Positions 1 through 9,559 of a DNA stretch of 64,000 nucleotides are shown piece by piece. The first letter of the stretch is position 1. Every line of letters begins with the position of its first letter. The translations under genes were made by a program, and so were the position numbers. The DNA is from Longimicrobiales bacterium (GTDB lineage: Bacteria; Gemmatimonadota; Gemmatimonadetes; Longimicrobiales; Gaopeijiaceae), in contig JAWLHJ010000001.1 of the NCBI GenBank assembly GCA_041690395.1, positions 128,001-192,000 on the forward strand, read 5' to 3'. The notes beneath the pieces were generated by a model. That model saw nothing but the letters and a program-made list of their open reading frames with translations. It was not told the DNA's origin and ran no database searches.

Positions 1-2604
1 CAGGAGCCCGACCACGGTCAGCATGAGCGACATGCCCACGAACGTCCACGCGTCGAAGCGGGAGATCCCGTAGAGCATGCTCGACAGGGCGCGCGTAGCG
101 AGTAACGCCGCCCCCAGCCCCAACGACATCCCAACCGCCAGAACCTTCGCGCCCTGCCCCACGACCATCCTCCGGACGCGAGCCGCCTCCGCACCCAACG
201 CCATGCGCACACCGATCTCCTGCCTCCGCTCGTTGACCACGTACGACAGCACCCCGTAGAGCCCGATCGCGCCCAGCAGGAGCGCGAGTACGGCGGCGAT
301 GGCGAGCGTGAGCATGGTGAAGGAGAGCTGCGTCATCGAGCGTGAGACGAGCTCCTCCATCGTGTAGACGCGGTACATGGGGGCGTTCGGCGCGACGTCC
401 CGAACCAGTTCCCGGACGTCCGGGACGAGGCCGGCTCCGCGCTCCGACCGGACCACGTAGCCCGGCGATGGCAGAGCCCAGGAGTCGGGCCGCGGCCCCA
501 CCGGGGGGAGGTACACGACGGGCTCGGCGTCGTCACGGAAGTCGTACTGCCGGATGTCCTCGACGACCCCGATGACCGTGTGCCAGTCCTGCAGGACCGT
601 CGTTCGCAAGCGTTTCCCGACCGCGTTCTCGCCGGGCCAGAGCAGATCCGCCACCGTCCGGCTCACGATCACGTTCCCCGGGATCACGGCGTCGTCGTCG
701 GTGAAGGCGCGCCCCTCCAGCACCTCGATGCCCATCGCCCTGAAGTAGTCGCCGCCGGCGAACGTGGCGCTCGCACGTGTACCCATCTCCGCGTCGGCCG
801 CGGCCGACTCCTCGGTGACCAGCCCGACACCGAGCAGACCTTCGTCGAGCGGCATGTTCTCCACGAACCCTACTCCCTCGACGCCGGGGAGCTCACGGAG
901 CCGAGCCATGAAGTCCTGGTGAAAGCGCGCCCAGGACGGCCCGTCTACCAGGTGCTCCAGCTCAGGCGCGAACTGGAAGCTGAGGATCCCGCTCGTGTCG
1001 TAGCCGGGATCGACCGACCTGAGCTCCTGGAAGCTCCGCAAGAGAAGACCCGATCCGACGAGGAGGACCAGAGCCAGCGCCGTCTGGCCGACCACGAGCG
1101 CGTCTCGACCCCAATGCGTCCTCCGGGTCGAGCCGCGCGTCCCGTCCCTGAGCCGGTCCAGGTCGGCCCTCGACGAGCGCACCGCCGGGGCGAGGCCACA
1201 GGCAAGGGCCGCGGCCAGCGAAGCGACCAGCACGAAGCCGATCGTCCCTGCGGACAGGCCGACATCGGCCACGCGCGGAAGCGCGTCGGGGGCGGACCTC
1301 TTGAACGCGGGGAGGATGATCCAGGCCAGACCGACGGCGCCGACGCCCGCCCCGCCCGCGACCACCAGGGCTTCGGCGAGCTGCGAGCGGATCAGGTCGC
1401 CGCGCCCGGCACCGATCGCGCGCCTTACCGCGAGATCCCGCCCGCGCCCCTCGGCGCGGACCGTGAACAGACTCGCCACGTTCGCGGCGGCGATCATCAG
1501 CACGAGCAGCACCGCACCCATCAGGATCCAGAGAGGGCCGCGCACCTCGCCGAGCAGCTCGGCACGCAGCGAGCCGACCACCGGAACGTGCCGCTCGATG
1601 ATCTCCGCGTATGCGGCGTTCCCGCCGTAGAGCTCCGGCAGGCGGTCCGCGAGCACGTCGAGCTCCCGCGCCAGCGACGCGTGATCGGCTTCGGGGGTCA
1701 TCCGTCCGACCAGATTCATGCCGAAGCGCCCGGGCGTGGTGACTGCCTCGGTGAACTCGACCGGAATCCAGGCGTCCACCGCGGCCGCGGGGAAGCGGAA
1801 GTCCGGCCCCATCACAGCGATGATCTCCTTGGGACCGTCGATGAAGAAGTGGCTCTGTCCGAGCACCCCGGGGTCACCACCGAACCACGTGGTCCAGAGC
1901 CCGTGGCTGATGAGCGCGACCCGGTCGCCTTCACCCGGCTCCGGCAAGCGGCCCAGGACCGGCTCCGCCCCCAGCGTCGCAAAGAGGGAGAGCGACGGCT
2001 GGGACTGGTTGAGCCGCTCCACCCGGTCTCCGGCTCGCGCGGTCGCGGTGAACCAGTTGTACGTCGCGAGCGACTCGAGCTGCGTGGCGTTGTCACCGTA
2101 TTGGTGGAAGAACTCGCGCGAGACCCCGAACTCGTCGGGGAAGTCGGCCCCCGGCGCCGACGCCGCGATGTGCACCAGCCGGTCCGCGTCCGCGTAGGGG
2201 AGCGGACGCAGCAGTACCGCGTCCACGACGCCAAAGATGCCCGCGTTGGCGCCCAGAGCGAGCGCGAGTGTCGCCACGGCCGCCGCCGTGAAGCCCGGCG
2301 ACCTGGCCAGTGACCGGGTCGCATGCCGAAAGTCTCGTATCCAGCTTCCCATCATCATCCCCACCTCCTCATCGAGTCTCGCATCTCCACCACCGCCTCC
2401 GTGCCATGTCGGCCGCACGCGCTCGCTCAGACCCGAACGGATCAGATCCGCGCTGGTCGCCACGATGCACCAGCAGCCGCGACACCATCCCCCGTCGAGG
2501 GCTCGGGCGCAGTCGTCTGCGGCCTGATCCGCGATCTCCCTCCCGAACCGCGCTCGGAAGCGCCGGGGATAGACGTGCAGGAGGAGCGCGAACAGCGTGG
2601 TCAC
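1..2604 (-). CDS. ADOP-family duplicated ABC permease (MacB/FtsX-like), 3' end outside window
   Basis: Not in the ORF track because it runs off the edge. Manual translation from GTG at 2604 (GTGA overlap with padR stop): MTTLFALLLHVYPRRFRARFGREI...WIRDFRHATRSLARSPGFTAAAVATLALALGANAGIFGVVDAVLLRPLPY; later EIAVRRAIGA and EIGVRMALGA motifs. Confidence 0.92.
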   Translation of the reverse strand, partial: MTTLFALLLHVYPRRFRARFGREIADQAADDCARALDGGWCRGCWCIVATSADLIRSGLSERVRPTWHGGGGGDARLDEEVGMMMGSWIRDFRHATRSLARSPGFTAAAVATLALALGANAGIFGVVDAVLLRPLPYADADRLVHIAASAPGADFPDEFGVSREFFHQYGDNATQLESLATYNWFTATARAGDRVERLNQSQPSLSLFATLGAEPVLGRLPEPGEGDRVALISHGLWTTWFGGDPGVLGQSHFFIDGPKEIIAVMGPDFRFPAAAVDAWIPVEFTEAVTTPGRFGMNLVGRMTPEADHASLARELDVLADRLPELYGGNAAYAEIIERHVPVVGSLRAELLGEVRGPLWILMGAVLLVLMIAAANVASLFTVRAEGRGRDLAVRRAIGAGRGDLIRSQLAEALVVAGGAGVGAVGLAWIILPAFKRSAPDALPRVADVGLSAGTIGFVLVASLAAALACGLAPAVRSSRADLDRLRDGTRGSTRRTHWGRDALVVGQTALALVLLVGSGLLLRSFQELRSVDPGYDTSGILSFQFAPELEHLVDGPSWARFHQDFMARLRELPGVEGVGFVENMPLDEGLLGVGLVTEESAAADAEMGTRASATFAGGDYFRAMGIEVLEGRAFTDDDAVIPGNVIVSRTVADLLWPGENAVGKRLRTTVLQDWHTVIGVVEDIRQYDFRDDAEPVVYLPPVGPRPDSWALPSPGYVVRSERGAGLVPDVRELVRDVAPNAPMYRVYTMEELVSRSMTQLSFTMLTLAIAAVLALLLGAIGLYGVLSYVVNERRQEIGVRMALGAEAARVRRMVVGQGAKVLAVGMSLGLGAALLATRALSSMLYGISRFDAWTFVGMSLMLTVVGLL

Positions 2605-2948
2605 GGCCGCGCGCCCAACCGCTCGAGGGCCAAAGCCGCCGTGCCTTCCAGCCGTCTGGCCTCGTCGGCCAGGGTCCTGCGTCCCTCGGGCGTAAGCCCG
2701 TAGTAGCGGCGCGGGCGCCCCGGATGCGGCCCTTCCGACTCCGGGGCGTCGGTCTCCCGGAGCAGCCCCGCGCCCACGAGTCGTGCGATGACCCGATACA
2801 GGCTCCCGGCCCGCGGCGCGATAGCGCCCTCGGACTCATCCTCCACCGCATCGCGGATGGCGTAGCCGTGGAGGGCGCCGTTCGCCGTGGCGAGGAGCAC
2901 GTGGTACTCGATGCCGCTCAGGCCGCTTTCTTCCGGGGGCTGGGTCAT
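2601..2948 (-). CDS. PadR family transcriptional regulator
   Basis: LHGYAIRDAVE..GSLYRVIARLVGAGLL..RRYYGLTPEGRRTL winged-helix signature; directly upstream of ADOP permease, the usual pairing. Confidence 0.95.
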   Translation of the reverse strand: MTQPPEESGLSGIEYHVLLATANGALHGYAIRDAVEDESEGAIAPRAGSLYRVIARLVGAGLLRETDAPESEGPHPGRPRRYYGLTPEGRRTLADEARRLEGTAALALERLGARP

Positions 2949-2960
2949 ACGTGGGTGCCT

Positions 2961-3006
2961 GCCATATATGTGTCGGGCGAATATACGTTAAAAGAGTATT
3001 TATGGC
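2961..3006 (-). promoter_or_regulatory. AT-rich promoter/operator region of padR
   Basis: GCCATATATGTGTCGGGCGAATATACGTTAAAAGAGTATTTATGGC is a sharp AT-rich patch just upstream of the padR start; no clean palindrome resolved. Confidence 0.45.
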
Positions 3007-3078
3007 CAACTGCGTGCGCAAGACCTTCATGAGTGACCCTACGGCGTACGGAAGACGAAGGATTCGGTGGCGCCCGGG

Positions 3079-3633
3079 TCAGGGCATCCACCCCAGCTGC
3101 ACGAAGAGCGCGACGCCCTGGTGACTGTCCTCTCCGGCCAGGGTCGCGAAGAGCTGCAGGCCGATTCCGAGAACACGGTAGGACAGGGCCCCCTCCACGA
3201 TCATCGGCACCGCGGCCCGTGACCTGCACCGCTCCGGCACCGTGCTGCGTCCTTCGCAGGAACGCAACCGCGACAGCCCGGCCGCCGCCGCCAGGTGCCC
3301 GACGGGGCCGCGCAAAGTGCGTCCGTAGAGGACTCCGACCTCCCGGAGCGTCGGCTCATCCGGGCGTGCGCCCCAGATCGGTGTCCACTCGGTGGACCGG
3401 AGGGCGAGGCGGTGGCCGCTCACATCGAGCACGGCTGCGACCATGCCGCCCACGGTTCCGGACTGCTCACCAACAGGCGTGCCCCCAGGCCCGAGGCTCA
3501 ACCACGCCCGGACCGGCGTCGCGGCACCCTCCTGCGCGGCGGCAGGCGCTGGGGCAGCCAGGCCACCCGAGAGTAGACCCACGGCGACGTGGGCCGAAAG
3601 GGCGGGACCGACCAGGCTGCTCCCCCGTGGCAT
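3079..3633 (-). CDS. Hypothetical exported protein, beta-strand rich
   Basis: Signal peptide ending APAAAQ; alternating polar/hydrophobic strands; ends FVQLGWMP; start overlaps the stop of the upstream gene. Confidence 0.7.
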   Translation of the reverse strand: MPRGSSLVGPALSAHVAVGLLSGGLAAPAPAAAQEGAATPVRAWLSLGPGGTPVGEQSGTVGGMVAAVLDVSGHRLALRSTEWTPIWGARPDEPTLREVGVLYGRTLRGPVGHLAAAAGLSRLRSCEGRSTVPERCRSRAAVPMIVEGALSYRVLGIGLQLFATLAGEDSHQGVALFVQLGWMP

Positions 3634-4343
3634 CAGCTCGAGTCGCCGAGGAAGATCCCGAGCAGGATCACGTAGCCGAGGCCGAGCGCCCCCGTCGCGA
3701 TGAGCGCGGGCACGCTGCCGGCCGCAGCCCCCACGGAGATCGCCTGCTGGAAGCCTCCCTCGTCGAAGTAGCTCGCATCCGGAAACTGCACGTCGGAGAG
3801 CGAGACCCCGTCCCAGCGAACAAAAAACGCACCCTGATCACGGACGTTGATCCGGATGTCGGCCGTCGCACCTCTCGCCGACGGGTAGTTCCCGCCCGCT
3901 TCGAGGAGGCCACCCGCGAGCTCGAGGCTCAGGTCTTCGGAAAGCCAGTGCCGCGCCCGGGCCTTCAGTCCCGTGAAGATTCCCGATCCGCCGTGCGGAC
4001 CGACACTCAGGGTCCCACCGATGGCGAGGGTGGGGCTGACGTTCACCATATGCCCCACGTTCCACTCCAGACTGCTCTCGAATGCCGTCATCTCCACCGG
4101 CCGGCCGTCGCTGTAGCTCACCGATCGCGTGGTCTGGGCGAGCGGCTGGTAACCCTGCATCTCGATAAGCCAGAAGCTTTTGCAGGTCGGGAGCGGCCTG
4201 CCGCGGAAGCAACCGGTGCGCGGGGCCGCGGACGCCTGCTCCTCCTGCGCCTGCAGCCCGGCAGCACCGCTCACCGTGGGCGCCCACGCACCCATCACCC
4301 CGATCGCCAGAACACCGCCGAGCATTCTCCAGATCGTCGTCAT
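3633..4343 (-). CDS. Hypothetical exported/outer-membrane-type protein
   Basis: GAGGAGG RBS, signal peptide, CFRGRPLPTC Cys pair, beta-strand pattern, hydrophobic C-terminus. Confidence 0.75.
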   Translation of the reverse strand: MTTIWRMLGGVLAIGVMGAWAPTVSGAAGLQAQEEQASAAPRTGCFRGRPLPTCKSFWLIEMQGYQPLAQTTRSVSYSDGRPVEMTAFESSLEWNVGHMVNVSPTLAIGGTLSVGPHGGSGIFTGLKARARHWLSEDLSLELAGGLLEAGGNYPSARGATADIRINVRDQGAFFVRWDGVSLSDVQFPDASYFDEGGFQQAISVGAAAGSVPALIATGALGLGYVILLGIFLGDSS

Positions 4344-4353
4344 CTCCCCCTCC

Positions 4354-4890
4354 TCACACGTCGAACAGTGGATCGAGAAACCGGTAGGTCCGGTACAGCT
4401 CCTCGCCCTCCAGCGGCGGATCCAGGTGCTGGGCGCCGACGAACACGAGTTGGATCACCCGGGCCATGCGCGAGGCCGCCTCACCCCGGCCCATGCGCTC
4501 GGTGCAAAGCTCTTCGAGGAACGCGAGCCGCCGCCGGTCCACGCGGTCCTGGACCCTGGCCGCTTCCGGCTCCCGAGCCGCCCACCCCCGAATGGCGCGC
4601 TCCAGGCGCGAGTTCTTCAGCTCCGAGGCCTGCCGGTTCACTGCCCGGAGGCGATCCTCCACCGGTGCGTCGGACTTGCCCGTTTCGATGAGCCGGTCGG
4701 TGGCCTGCCGCTCCCAGGTCTCGAGCAGGTCGCGCACGAAGCCGGGGCGGCCGTCGAAATGGTGGTAGAACGAGCCCTTGGAACGGTCGAGCCGGGTGCA
4801 CAGATGGTCGACCGTGAGCGCGCCGTCGCCCTCCGAAGCGAGAACGCGGAAGCCCTCGGCGATCCAGTCGTCACGGGTGATGCGTGTCAT
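4354..4890 (-). CDS. TetR/AcrR family regulator
   Basis: TRDDWIAEGFRVLASEG..LTVDHLCTRLDRSKGSFYHHF HTH; AAGGAGG RBS. Confidence 0.95.
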   Translation of the reverse strand: MTRITRDDWIAEGFRVLASEGDGALTVDHLCTRLDRSKGSFYHHFDGRPGFVRDLLETWERQATDRLIETGKSDAPVEDRLRAVNRQASELKNSRLERAIRGWAAREPEAARVQDRVDRRRLAFLEELCTERMGRGEAASRMARVIQLVFVGAQHLDPPLEGEELYRTYRFLDPLFDV

Positions 4891-4930
4891 CTTGATCCCT
4901 CCTTGGTCACGACGATCCGCCCGCCGTGAT

Positions 4931-4951
4931 TATACCATACCGTATGGTATA
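4931..4951. promoter_or_regulatory. Perfect palindrome, probable TetR operator
   Basis: TATACCATAC-C-GTATGGTATA, 10-bp arms, 40 bp upstream of the tetR start in a divergent intergenic region. Confidence 0.8.
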
Positions 4952-5088
4952 GCACAAGATCGGTCATCGAGGCGGGGCCCAGCCCCACTGCTACGTTATT
5001 CCACACGCTTGCGAGGGGACGTTCTCACCGGCATGGTGCTCCGTCATCGACCTGAGCATGCCTCGACCCACGATCCCCGCCCGGCGCC

Positions 5089-6690
5089 ATGAATGCCATC
5101 CGCTCCGTGACCCCGTTGCTCGCGCTCCTTCTCTTCCTGGGAGCATGCTCTTCGCCGCAGGACGAAGGCCCTTGGGACGTGCTGCTCTCGGGTGGCACCG
5201 TCATCGACGGGACCGGCACGCCGGGCTTCACGGCCGACGTCGCGGTGCGCGACGGTGTCATCGTGCGGGTTTCCGCCGAGCCGCTCGACCCGGAACAGGC
5301 CGAGCGAGTCATCGACGCACGGGACCGCGTCGTGGCGCCCGGCTTCATCGACGTGCACGCCCACCTCGACCCGCTCCTCGACCTTCCCGGCGCCGAGAGC
5401 CACGTCCGCCAGGGCGTCACGACCGCGCTCGGTGGACCGGACGGGGGCGGCCCGTGGCCGTTCGCGGAGTACCTCGACTCCGCGGAGATCCTGGGAATGG
5501 GCATGAACGTGGCCTTCCTCGCAGGGCACAACACGATCCGGCGGGAGGTGATGGGCACCGCGGACCGTGCGCCGACCGACGACGAGCTCGCCAGCATGCG
5601 GCAGATGGTCGCCACGGCCATGGGGGAGGGCGCGTTCGGGCTGTCGACGGGCCTCCGCTACGTGCCGGGGACCTACTCCGAGATCGACGAGGTGGTCGCC
5701 CTCGCCGAGGTCGCCTCGGACTCCGGCGGTATCTACACGTCGCACCTCCGTGAGGAGGGCCTCGAGCTGATCGAAGGCGTGGCCGAGCTCATGGAGATCT
5801 CGCGCCGCGCCGACATCCGGGCGGTGCTCACGCACCACAAGGCCGTCGGCTACCCCATGTGGGGCTCCAGCGAGCGGACGCTGGCCATGGTCGACTCGGC
5901 GCGCGCGGCCGGCACCGACGTCCGTATCGACCAGTACCCGTACACGGCGACCTACACGGGCATCAGTATCCTGCTTCCGCCGTGGTCGCTCGCCGGTGGC
6001 GACACGGCGTTCGCCCGTAGGGTGGCCGACCCGGTCCTCCGCGACAGCATCATGTCCGGAACGGTCTTCAACATCATCAACGACCGGGGCGGCAACGACC
6101 TCCGCCGCGTCCAGCTCGCCCGCGTCGAATGGATGCCGGAGTTGGAAGGCCGGACGCTGCACGACTGGGCGGAGATGCGCGGGATGCCCTCCACCCCCGA
6201 GACCGGAGCGGAGCTCGTGATCGACGCCCAGCTCCGCGGTGGCGCGTCGGCGATCTATCACGTGCTCGACGAGGACGACGTCGCCCGGATCATGCGGCAC
6301 CCCTGGACGATGATCGCGTCGGACGGTCGCCTCACGCGCCCCGGCATCGGACACCCGCATCCGCGATGGTACGGCACGTTTCCCCGAGTGCTCGGCCACT
6401 ATGTGCGCGAGTTGGGCGTGCTCCCCCTCGAGGAGGCCGTTCGGAAGATGACGTCGATGCCGGCCGAGACCCTTTCGCTGGAGGACCGCGGCCGGGTCGG
6501 TGAGGGGCTCGTCGCCGACCTCGTGGTCTTCGACCCGGAGACGGTAATCGACCGGGCCACGTTCGAAGACCCACACCAGTATCCGGAAGGGATTCCCTTC
6601 GTCGTCGTCAACGGCGTCGTGACCGTCGACGACGGGCGCTATCTGGACCTCCGACCCGGCCACGTGTTGCGCCGAGGCGGCGGTCGTTAG
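5089..6690 (+). CDS. N-acyl-D-amino-acid deacylase family amidohydrolase (lipoprotein)
   Basis: Lipobox LGAC; VAPGFIDVHAH, GLSTGLRYVPG, SHLREE, HPRWYGTFPRVLG motifs. Confidence 0.92.
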   Translation: MNAIRSVTPLLALLLFLGACSSPQDEGPWDVLLSGGTVIDGTGTPGFTADVAVRDGVIVRVSAEPLDPEQAERVIDARDRVVAPGFIDVHAHLDPLLDLPGAESHVRQGVTTALGGPDGGGPWPFAEYLDSAEILGMGMNVAFLAGHNTIRREVMGTADRAPTDDELASMRQMVATAMGEGAFGLSTGLRYVPGTYSEIDEVVALAEVASDSGGIYTSHLREEGLELIEGVAELMEISRRADIRAVLTHHKAVGYPMWGSSERTLAMVDSARAAGTDVRIDQYPYTATYTGISILLPPWSLAGGDTAFARRVADPVLRDSIMSGTVFNIINDRGGNDLRRVQLARVEWMPELEGRTLHDWAEMRGMPSTPETGAELVIDAQLRGGASAIYHVLDEDDVARIMRHPWTMIASDGRLTRPGIGHPHPRWYGTFPRVLGHYVRELGVLPLEEAVRKMTSMPAETLSLEDRGRVGEGLVADLVVFDPETVIDRATFEDPHQYPEGIPFVVVNGVVTVDDGRYLDLRPGHVLRRGGGR

Positions 6691-6803
6691 CGGGCCAGGG
6701 TCCGCGAGCACCGCTCAAGCGGCCGCGGCGACCGACCGATCCTCTGACCAGCGCCGATGCACGGCGAGGTGTTCACGGGACTCCAGGTCGAAGAGGCGGA
6801 ACG

Positions 6804-7349
6804 ATGCAGGAAGGCACGGGAAGTACGGCGATGGCGTTGCGGGAGCCTGCGGATGGAACGACGGAGGGCGTGACGGGAGATCCGCATCCCGACGCCACCG
6901 CCCCGGGCGAGGCCGCCGAACCGACCCGTTCACCGGGCGGAGAGCTGCTTCAGGCCGAGCTCCTCGAGACCTCGTTCGCCCTCGTCGCACCCAGTGCGGA
7001 AGCCCTGGTCGACAGGTTCTACTTCAGGCTGTTCCGGGCCGCTCCCGAAGCCTATCACCTGTTCGACCCAGGTCGTTTCGGCGAGCAGAAGAAGAAGCTG
7101 TTGGCCGCCCTCAAGCTTACGGTGAACAGTGCCCGGAAGCCGGAAGCCCTCGCGCCCGTGCTCCAGGACCTCGGCGCCAAGCATGTCCAGTACGGCGTCC
7201 GCGCCGAGCACTATCCCGTCGTCGGCTCCATTCTTCTGGCCACCCTCGAGGAGTTCGCCGGAGACGCCTGGACCCCGGACGTCCGCAACGCCTGGGTGCA
7301 GGCCTATTCCGTCGTGAGCGACCTCATGCTCGATGGGGCCCGGGCCTGA
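6804..7349 (+). CDS. Single-domain globin (start uncertain)
   Basis: FYFRLFRAAPEAYHLF, EQKKKLLAAL, LGAKHVQYGVRAEHYPVVGSILL, AWVQAY globin motifs. Confidence 0.88.
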   Translation: MQEGTGSTAMALREPADGTTEGVTGDPHPDATAPGEAAEPTRSPGGELLQAELLETSFALVAPSAEALVDRFYFRLFRAAPEAYHLFDPGRFGEQKKKLLAALKLTVNSARKPEALAPVLQDLGAKHVQYGVRAEHYPVVGSILLATLEEFAGDAWTPDVRNAWVQAYSVVSDLMLDGARA

Positions 7350-7371
7350 CGGAGCGCCGGAATCCTCCGGG

Positions 7372-8574
7372 TCAGCGCAACCCGTCTTTGAGCCGCTCGA
7401 GGAAGGTGGCGCGCCGCGCCGACCGCGCCTCGCTCACGGGCTCCGGCCAGAGTCCGTGCATGGCCACCACCAGGTTCAGCGCCGGATCCACGTGGATGAG
7501 CTGCCCGAAGATGCCGCGCGCGCTGAACGAGCCGTCCTCGTGCAGCCACCAGAGGTATCCGTAGTCGGGATTCGCCGGAGACGGGTTCGTGGCCCTCGCC
7601 ATCCACCCCTCGGGGAGCACGGCCGTTCCGTCGGCGAGCCGGCCGCCCCGTAGCGCGAACAGGCCGAGACGCGCGTAGTCCCGCAGGGTCGCGCTGATAC
7701 AGCATCCGGCGTATTCGGGGCCACCCGGCTCGACCAGCATCCAGTTCGCGTCGGATTCCATGCCGAACGGTCCCCAGATGCGTTGGTGCAGGTACGCGGA
7801 CAGGTTGTTGCCCACCGCGCCTCGCACGATGGAGCCGGCCAGGAAGATCTCCCCGGTGCTGTAGTTGAAGCGCTCCCCGGGCTCGGCCGTGCGGTCCCGG
7901 TCCCCCAGGAAGCGAAGTCGCTCGACCGCCCCGTAGCGGATCTCCTGGCTCACGTCCGACTCCGGGTCGGAGTAGTCCTCGTTCCAGGCCACCCCTGAGC
8001 TCATCGTCAGGACGTCCTCGATCGTGACGCCCTCGTAAGCGCTTCCCTCGAGCAGGGGCACGTACCGGGTCACGGGATCGGTGACGCTCTCGATAAGCCC
8101 GTCCTCGATGGCGGCCCCGAGGAGCATGGACACCACCGACTTCGAGATCGAGTAGGACACCCATCGCTTCTCGGGCCCGTGACCGTCGGCGTAGCGCTCG
8201 GCCAGGACCTCGCCTCCACGGACGACGATGAGCCCCATGACCGAGTCACGCTCCATGAAGCGATCGATGTCGAGGGCGGCCGGCCACGGGGCGGTCGCGG
8301 GAGGGAGCGGCATCGGCTCACCGCTCGCCGGGATCGAGCGGGTGGGGAAGATGCGGTCGTAGCTCGGAAAGCCGGCCCGGCGCTCGCCGGCGGTCCATAG
8401 CAGCACGCTGTCCGGATGGCCGAAGTCGCCCGAGCCTTCGAGGGCGACCGCGGAGGTCTCCGCGTCGACTCCGGAGCGGCTCGCCGCGGGGTCCTCGCAG
8501 GCGAGCTGCCAGAGCAACGAGAGGACGAGCACCAGCGTCGGTGCACGCCCGCGTCTGTCGTGGCTCATGGTCAT
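7372..8574 (-). CDS. Serine hydrolase, beta-lactamase class C / NylB-like
   Basis: SISKS (SxxK), FNYSTG, SARGIFGQ; lipobox-like LAC. Confidence 0.9.
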   Translation of the reverse strand: MTMSHDRRGRAPTLVLVLSLLWQLACEDPAASRSGVDAETSAVALEGSGDFGHPDSVLLWTAGERRAGFPSYDRIFPTRSIPASGEPMPLPPATAPWPAALDIDRFMERDSVMGLIVVRGGEVLAERYADGHGPEKRWVSYSISKSVVSMLLGAAIEDGLIESVTDPVTRYVPLLEGSAYEGVTIEDVLTMSSGVAWNEDYSDPESDVSQEIRYGAVERLRFLGDRDRTAEPGERFNYSTGEIFLAGSIVRGAVGNNLSAYLHQRIWGPFGMESDANWMLVEPGGPEYAGCCISATLRDYARLGLFALRGGRLADGTAVLPEGWMARATNPSPANPDYGYLWWLHEDGSFSARGIFGQLIHVDPALNLVVAMHGLWPEPVSEARSARRATFLERLKDGLR

Positions 8575-8743
8575 GTCGGGGTCAGGTCTAGGTCGGCCGT
8601 ATCACGCTCGGTCGCCAACCTAACGAAGAGCCGCCGCCCGGACTCCAATAGTTGGAGCGCGAGGGTGGGCGCTTCACGCGGCGCGCCGACCGATCGGCGC
8701 ACCGAGACCCATGCGGCACCGAGACATGTGCGGGAGTGACTTC

Positions 8744-9319
8744 ATGAAGAAGACGACGATGGGCGGGGCTCTGATCCTCGCCGTGATGCTCGCCGGAGCG
8801 GGCGCCGAGCTGCCGGCCCAGCAGGAGCGGGCCCCCGGGGCCAGGGGCGACGCCCGGATGGAGCGGATGGACAGGGTAGGCAGGATCGCGCGCGATGGCG
8901 GCGCCCCCGGCGTCGAAGGCATCCTCCGTATGCGGGACCGCCTGGCGCTCACCGACGACCAGGTGGCCAGGCTCGAGGCCCTGCGGAGTGAGCGCGTGCG
9001 GGAGCGAGCCGAGGTCGCGTCCGAGAGGGCGGACCTCAGGTCACAGCTCCGAGCAGGAACGCTCGACCGGGCGGAGGCGCGCGAGCGCATGAGGGCGGCG
9101 GCCGAGGCGCGCCGAGGAAGCGCCGATCAGGCACGGGCCGAGGTAGAGGCGCTGCTGACCGAGGACCAACGGGCGACCGTCCAGCAGTTCCAGGCCCAGC
9201 GCCGGGCGTTCGAAGCGGGCCGGCGAAGCGGCATGCGGGAGCAGGCGCGCGGCGCCCGGCCCGGGCGCGACCGGCCTTCGCGGAATCGCGGACAACGGGG
9301 TCCCGGCGGCGATCGGTAG
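8744..9319 (+). CDS. Spy/CpxP-like (LTxxQ) periplasmic protein
   Basis: GGAG RBS before ATG 8744; signal peptide; LALTDDQ and LLTEDQ motifs. Confidence 0.8.
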   Translation: MKKTTMGGALILAVMLAGAGAELPAQQERAPGARGDARMERMDRVGRIARDGGAPGVEGILRMRDRLALTDDQVARLEALRSERVRERAEVASERADLRSQLRAGTLDRAEARERMRAAAEARRGSADQARAEVEALLTEDQRATVQQFQAQRRAFEAGRRSGMREQARGARPGRDRPSRNRGQRGPGGDR

Positions 9320-9484
9320 GGCCTGAGGGCAAGCCGGGCCCCGGGGGCTTCCCCGGGCACCGCCCTCGACGATCCAGCCTCAGTTCGAGAGCGGCCTCCG
9401 GGACTCACCTGTCCCGGGGGCCGTCGTGCGTCCGGGCACCTTGACCCTCCCCGAAGCCCCCCCTACGTTTCGGGTCCTGAAACG

Positions 9485-9497
9485 AAGAATCATTCTT
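9485..9497. promoter_or_regulatory. Fur-family-box-like palindrome upstream of sufC
   Basis: AAGAAT-C-ATTCTT perfect inverted repeat in an AT-rich patch about 60 bp before sufC. Confidence 0.6.
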
Positions 9498-9559
9498 GAT
9501 AAGGTCGCGCCCGGGCACGCTGCTCGTGCGCGGCTTCCGTCGATAGCCACGAGGGACGC

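Noticed and set aside
580..2313. 577-aa plus-strand ORF
   Set aside because: Antisense shadow of the ADOP permease; no motifs.
3033..4691. 552-aa plus-strand ORF
   Set aside because: Arg/Pro-rich, lies opposite three credible minus-strand genes.
8643..8657. CTCCAA-TAG-TTGGAG inverted repeat upstream of the Spy-like gene
   Set aside because: Only 6-bp arms and no cognate regulator nearby; could be chance.
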